Position numbers and translations under genes: made by a program. The notes under the pieces were generated by a model that had not been told where the DNA came from, searched no databases, and saw only the letters and a list, made by a program, of their open reading frames with translations. A stretch of DNA of 32,000 bases, from the NCBI RefSeq assembly GCF_030070105.2, contig NZ_CP194951.1:1038453-1070452 (forward strand), read 5' to 3'. Shown here piece after piece: positions 29,363 through 32,000 of the stretch; the first letter of the stretch is position 1, and every line of letters starts with the position of its first letter. The stretch comes from Bermanella sp. WJH001. GTDB lineage: Bacteria > Pseudomonadota > Gammaproteobacteria > Pseudomonadales > Oceanobacteraceae.

Positions 29363-29887
29363 ATGGCGAACGAAAAAGAATTGCAACTTGACGCAGTTGA
29401 AGAACCCAAAAGCAACAAAAAACTGATCATTATTATTGTTGCGGCAGTGTTAGTGGTGGGTATAGGTGTGGCAGCTGCACTGTTATTAATGGGGGGGGAT
29501 GATGCGCCAGCAGAAGAAACAGCAGAAGCCGCCGCCGAAGAAGCGCCAGTTGAAGCAACGGCAGGTCCTGCTATTTACGTTAAATTAAAACCAGAATTTA
29601 TTGTGAACTATCAAGTGGGTACGCGTCAGCGATACTTACAAATCTACATGGAAGCCATGACACGTAATCCTGGCGTGGCGGAGGCATTAGAAATGCACAG
29701 CCCCATGATTCGCAGTTCAATTATTTCCTTGTTGGGTCAGCAAAGTTATGAATACCTTCGAACCGCTGAGGGTCGAGCGGATATTCGATTAAAACTTCAA
29801 GAAGAAATTCAAAGAATAGTTACTCAAGAAACCGGCATTGAAGGCGGTTTAGAGCAAATATTATTTACCAACTATGTCATGCAGTAA
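29363..29887 (+). CDS. fliL: Flagellar basal body-associated protein FliL
   Basis: 174 aa; single TM near the N-terminus and VKLKPEFIVNYQVGTRQRYLQIYMEAMTRNPGV. Confidence 0.92.
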   Translation: MANEKELQLDAVEEPKSNKKLIIIIVAAVLVVGIGVAAALLLMGGDDAPAEETAEAAAEEAPVEATAGPAIYVKLKPEFIVNYQVGTRQRYLQIYMEAMTRNPGVAEALEMHSPMIRSSIISLLGQQSYEYLRTAEGRADIRLKLQEEIQRIVTQETGIEGGLEQILFTNYVMQ

Positions 29888-29933
29888 TGTTTGCCATATT
29901 TATTATTAGTCGGTTTTTGAGGGTCATTGACTC

Positions 29934-30929
29934 GTGCAAGATCTTTTAAGTCAAGACGAAATAGATGCCCTGTTACACGGGGTAGACGACGGTGACATCG
30001 AACCGGAAGATCCCGGTGATGGTGAAGGCGTCAAATCCTATGACCTCTCAAGTCAGGATAGGATTGTTCGTGGGCGAATGCCCACATTAGAAATGATCAA
30101 CGAACGCTTTGCGCGTTACACCCGCATAAGTATGTTCAATTTTTTACGTCGCAGTGCTGATGTTGCCAGCGGCGGCATTCAAATCATGAAGTTTGGTGAA
30201 TATATTCACACGCTTTATGTGCCCACCTCATTAAATATGGTGAAAGCGCGGCCATTGCGCGGCACCGCGTTATTTATTCTAGATGCCAAATTAGTGTTTA
30301 AACTGGTTGATAACTTTTTTGGTGGTGATGGGCGTCATGCAAAAATTGAAGGCCGTGAATTTACCCCCACTGAATTACGAGTGGTGCAGCTAATTTTAAG
30401 CCAAGTTTTTAAAGACATGAAAGAAGCTTGGCACGCTGTTTTACCTTTAGAGTTTGAGTATTACGGCAGTGAAGTAAACCCTGCCATGGCCAATATCGTT
30501 AGCCCCAGTGAAGTGGTTGTGGTCAGTTCATTTCACATTGAGCTCGATGGCGGTGGTGGAGATCTGCATGTGGCGTTGCCGTACTCAATGATTGAGCCAA
30601 TTCGAGAGGTACTGGATGCGGGTGTTCAATCCGATGTAGACGAAGTAGATGAAAGATGGGTGCATTCTTTGCAAGAAGATATTCAAAGCGCCAAAGTTCC
30701 GGTACACGGAACCATTGTTCAACAAGAAATTTCATTGCGCGAAGTGGCGGCATTTAAAACAGGGGATGTGATTTCCATAGATATGCCAGAAGATTTTATT
30801 TTACAAGCCAATGGCACACCTATTTTTAGAGGCCAGTTAGGTGTTTCAAATGACGTACTGGCTGTAAAAATTAAAGAGCCCATAAAAAGAAAATTAAATA
30901 CCGGCAATAAAGATGGATTACCAGTATGA
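29934..30929 (+). CDS. fliM: Flagellar motor switch protein FliM
   Basis: 331 aa from a GTG start; N-terminal LLSQDEIDALLHGV, GRMPTLEMINERFARYTRISMFNFLRRSADV. Confidence 0.97.
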   Translation: MQDLLSQDEIDALLHGVDDGDIEPEDPGDGEGVKSYDLSSQDRIVRGRMPTLEMINERFARYTRISMFNFLRRSADVASGGIQIMKFGEYIHTLYVPTSLNMVKARPLRGTALFILDAKLVFKLVDNFFGGDGRHAKIEGREFTPTELRVVQLILSQVFKDMKEAWHAVLPLEFEYYGSEVNPAMANIVSPSEVVVVSSFHIELDGGGGDLHVALPYSMIEPIREVLDAGVQSDVDEVDERWVHSLQEDIQSAKVPVHGTIVQQEISLREVAAFKTGDVISIDMPEDFILQANGTPIFRGQLGVSNDVLAVKIKEPIKRKLNTGNKDGLPV

Positions 30930-31450
30930 GTGATGACGAAAACACCACAGAAGAACCAACTGAAGGCGCTGGTGAAGCAAGCGAAGAATCCGGCGTAGAC
31001 GCAGACTCACTCGCCAATGAAGTAGCGGACGGTGTCGAAGAAGCCGGTGGTGATGATGAAGGTTTAGCCGATGAATGGGCTGCTGCCATGGAAGAAGCCG
31101 GCGAAACCGATGATGACGATGATGGTGTCAAACCTGCACCAATGGAAGAGTTTGATGCTGATGAAGCCCATCAAAACTTTGACAAAACCACCCCTGAACT
31201 GGATGTCATACTTGATATCTCAGTTGTGATTTCAATGGAGGTGGGTAATACACAAATCCCCATCCGTAATTTATTACAACTTAATCAGGGTTCCGTAATC
31301 GAGCTGGACCGTTTAGCCGGTGAACCATTAGATGTGCTCGTTAACGGTACATTAATCGCTCATGGAGAGGTGGTAATGGTAAACGATAAATTTGGTATTC
31401 GTTTGACCGATGTTATTAGCCAAAGCGAACGTATACAGCGTTTACGCTAA
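30926..31450 (+). CDS. fliN: Flagellar motor switch protein FliN with acidic N-terminal extension
   Basis: LDVILDISVVISMEVGNTQIPIRNLLQLNQGSVIELDRLAGEPLDVLVNGTLIAHGEVVMVNDKFGIRLTDVIS. Confidence 0.95.
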   Translation: MSDDENTTEEPTEGAGEASEESGVDADSLANEVADGVEEAGGDDEGLADEWAAAMEEAGETDDDDDGVKPAPMEEFDADEAHQNFDKTTPELDVILDISVVISMEVGNTQIPIRNLLQLNQGSVIELDRLAGEPLDVLVNGTLIAHGEVVMVNDKFGIRLTDVISQSERIQRLR

Positions 31451-31490
31451 AGCAAATCATCACTAACAAAAATAATAAAAGAGTAGCGCT

Positions 31491-31937
31491 ATGATTTTTG
31501 TCTCTGCGCAAGCACTGGCTAACGCCCAAGCGGCGCCAGTAATAGCTAGCCCAATTGTACCTAATACTCAAGAGCAGTTGATACAAGTCAGTCTTGCGTT
31601 GGCTGTAGTAGTGGCTTTGATCTATGCCATTGCGTGGTTTATAAAACGCAAACAAGGCATGCAAGGGTTATCAAATATTCCCATGAAAACCATTGGGGTT
31701 TTACCCATGGGCATGAAAGAAAAGATTATTTTAATCGAAGTGGGTGGTAAGCAAATCTTGCTGGGAATGACACCATCTAATATCAATACCTTAGCCACAT
31801 TTGACCAGCCAATTATTGAAGAGAAGCCAGCAAGCGCATCGTTCTCTCAAAAACTCAAAGACATTATTTCTCAACAGAAAAACCAAGCTCAGTCAGACAC
31901 CGTCGATGTTAAGGCAAACCATGAAGATCATCATTAA
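31491..31937 (+). CDS. fliO: Flagellar biosynthetic protein FliO
   Basis: 148 aa; single TM, then MKTIGVLPMGMKEKIILIEVGGKQILLGMTPSNINTLATF, directly after fliN. Confidence 0.85.
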   Translation: MIFVSAQALANAQAAPVIASPIVPNTQEQLIQVSLALAVVVALIYAIAWFIKRKQGMQGLSNIPMKTIGVLPMGMKEKIILIEVGGKQILLGMTPSNINTLATFDQPIIEEKPASASFSQKLKDIISQQKNQAQSDTVDVKANHEDHH

Positions 31938-32000
31938 AAATGGGTTGGCTTTAATTGTGCTGATGGTTTTCAGCACTTTTTCCATGGCTGAAGAAAAATT
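31921..32000 (+). CDS. fliP: Start of probable fliP (3'-truncated by the window)
   Basis: ATG 31921 opens MKIIIKNGLALIVLMVFSTFSMAEEK, a signal-peptide-like N-terminus overlapping the fliO end in the position where fliP is expected. Confidence 0.6.
   Translation, partial: MKIIIKNGLALIVLMVFSTFSMAEEK

Overview
The window is mostly a flagellar and chemotaxis gene block from a gammaproteobacterium; the lineage is inferred only from gene content and the FleQ/FleSR regulatory layout. In order, + strand unless noted: (1) a 5'-truncated CDS for a surface/secreted protein with 18 tandem DPV/EPV units, a C-x-GYWKNH-type domain and a region resembling HzsA-like multihaem proteins with one intact CxxCH; (2) a minus-strand TPR + SAM-methyltransferase; (3) fliS; (4) fleQ; (5) fleS-fleR; (6) fliE-F-G-H-I-J; (7) a complete chemosensory cluster STAS-cheY-cheA-cheW-mcp-cheR-cheD-cheB; (8) an hsbA-hsbR-hptB-like partner-switch/phosphorelay module; (9) fliK; (10) fliL-fliM-fliN-fliO and the start of fliP. 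Most of the window is ordinary flagellar biology. The points worth a second look are: the Che2/F7-like array and the Hsb-like module nested in the fli block between fliJ and fliK; a chemoreceptor with three tandem ~130-aa PAS-like modules and a C-terminal DWQEF tether; a fliE 5' leader with consecutive, partly mutually exclusive hairpins and five GGA motifs; a FliH with a long, very acidic C-terminal tail; -24/-12 (sigma-54) promoter matches before fleS, fliE, fliK and fliL, with a weaker one before fliS; FleQ-box-like GTC-N8-GAC elements upstream of fleQ; and the odd DPV-repeat/haem protein. I see no mobile element, CRISPR array, tRNA or rRNA, and no clear defence system.
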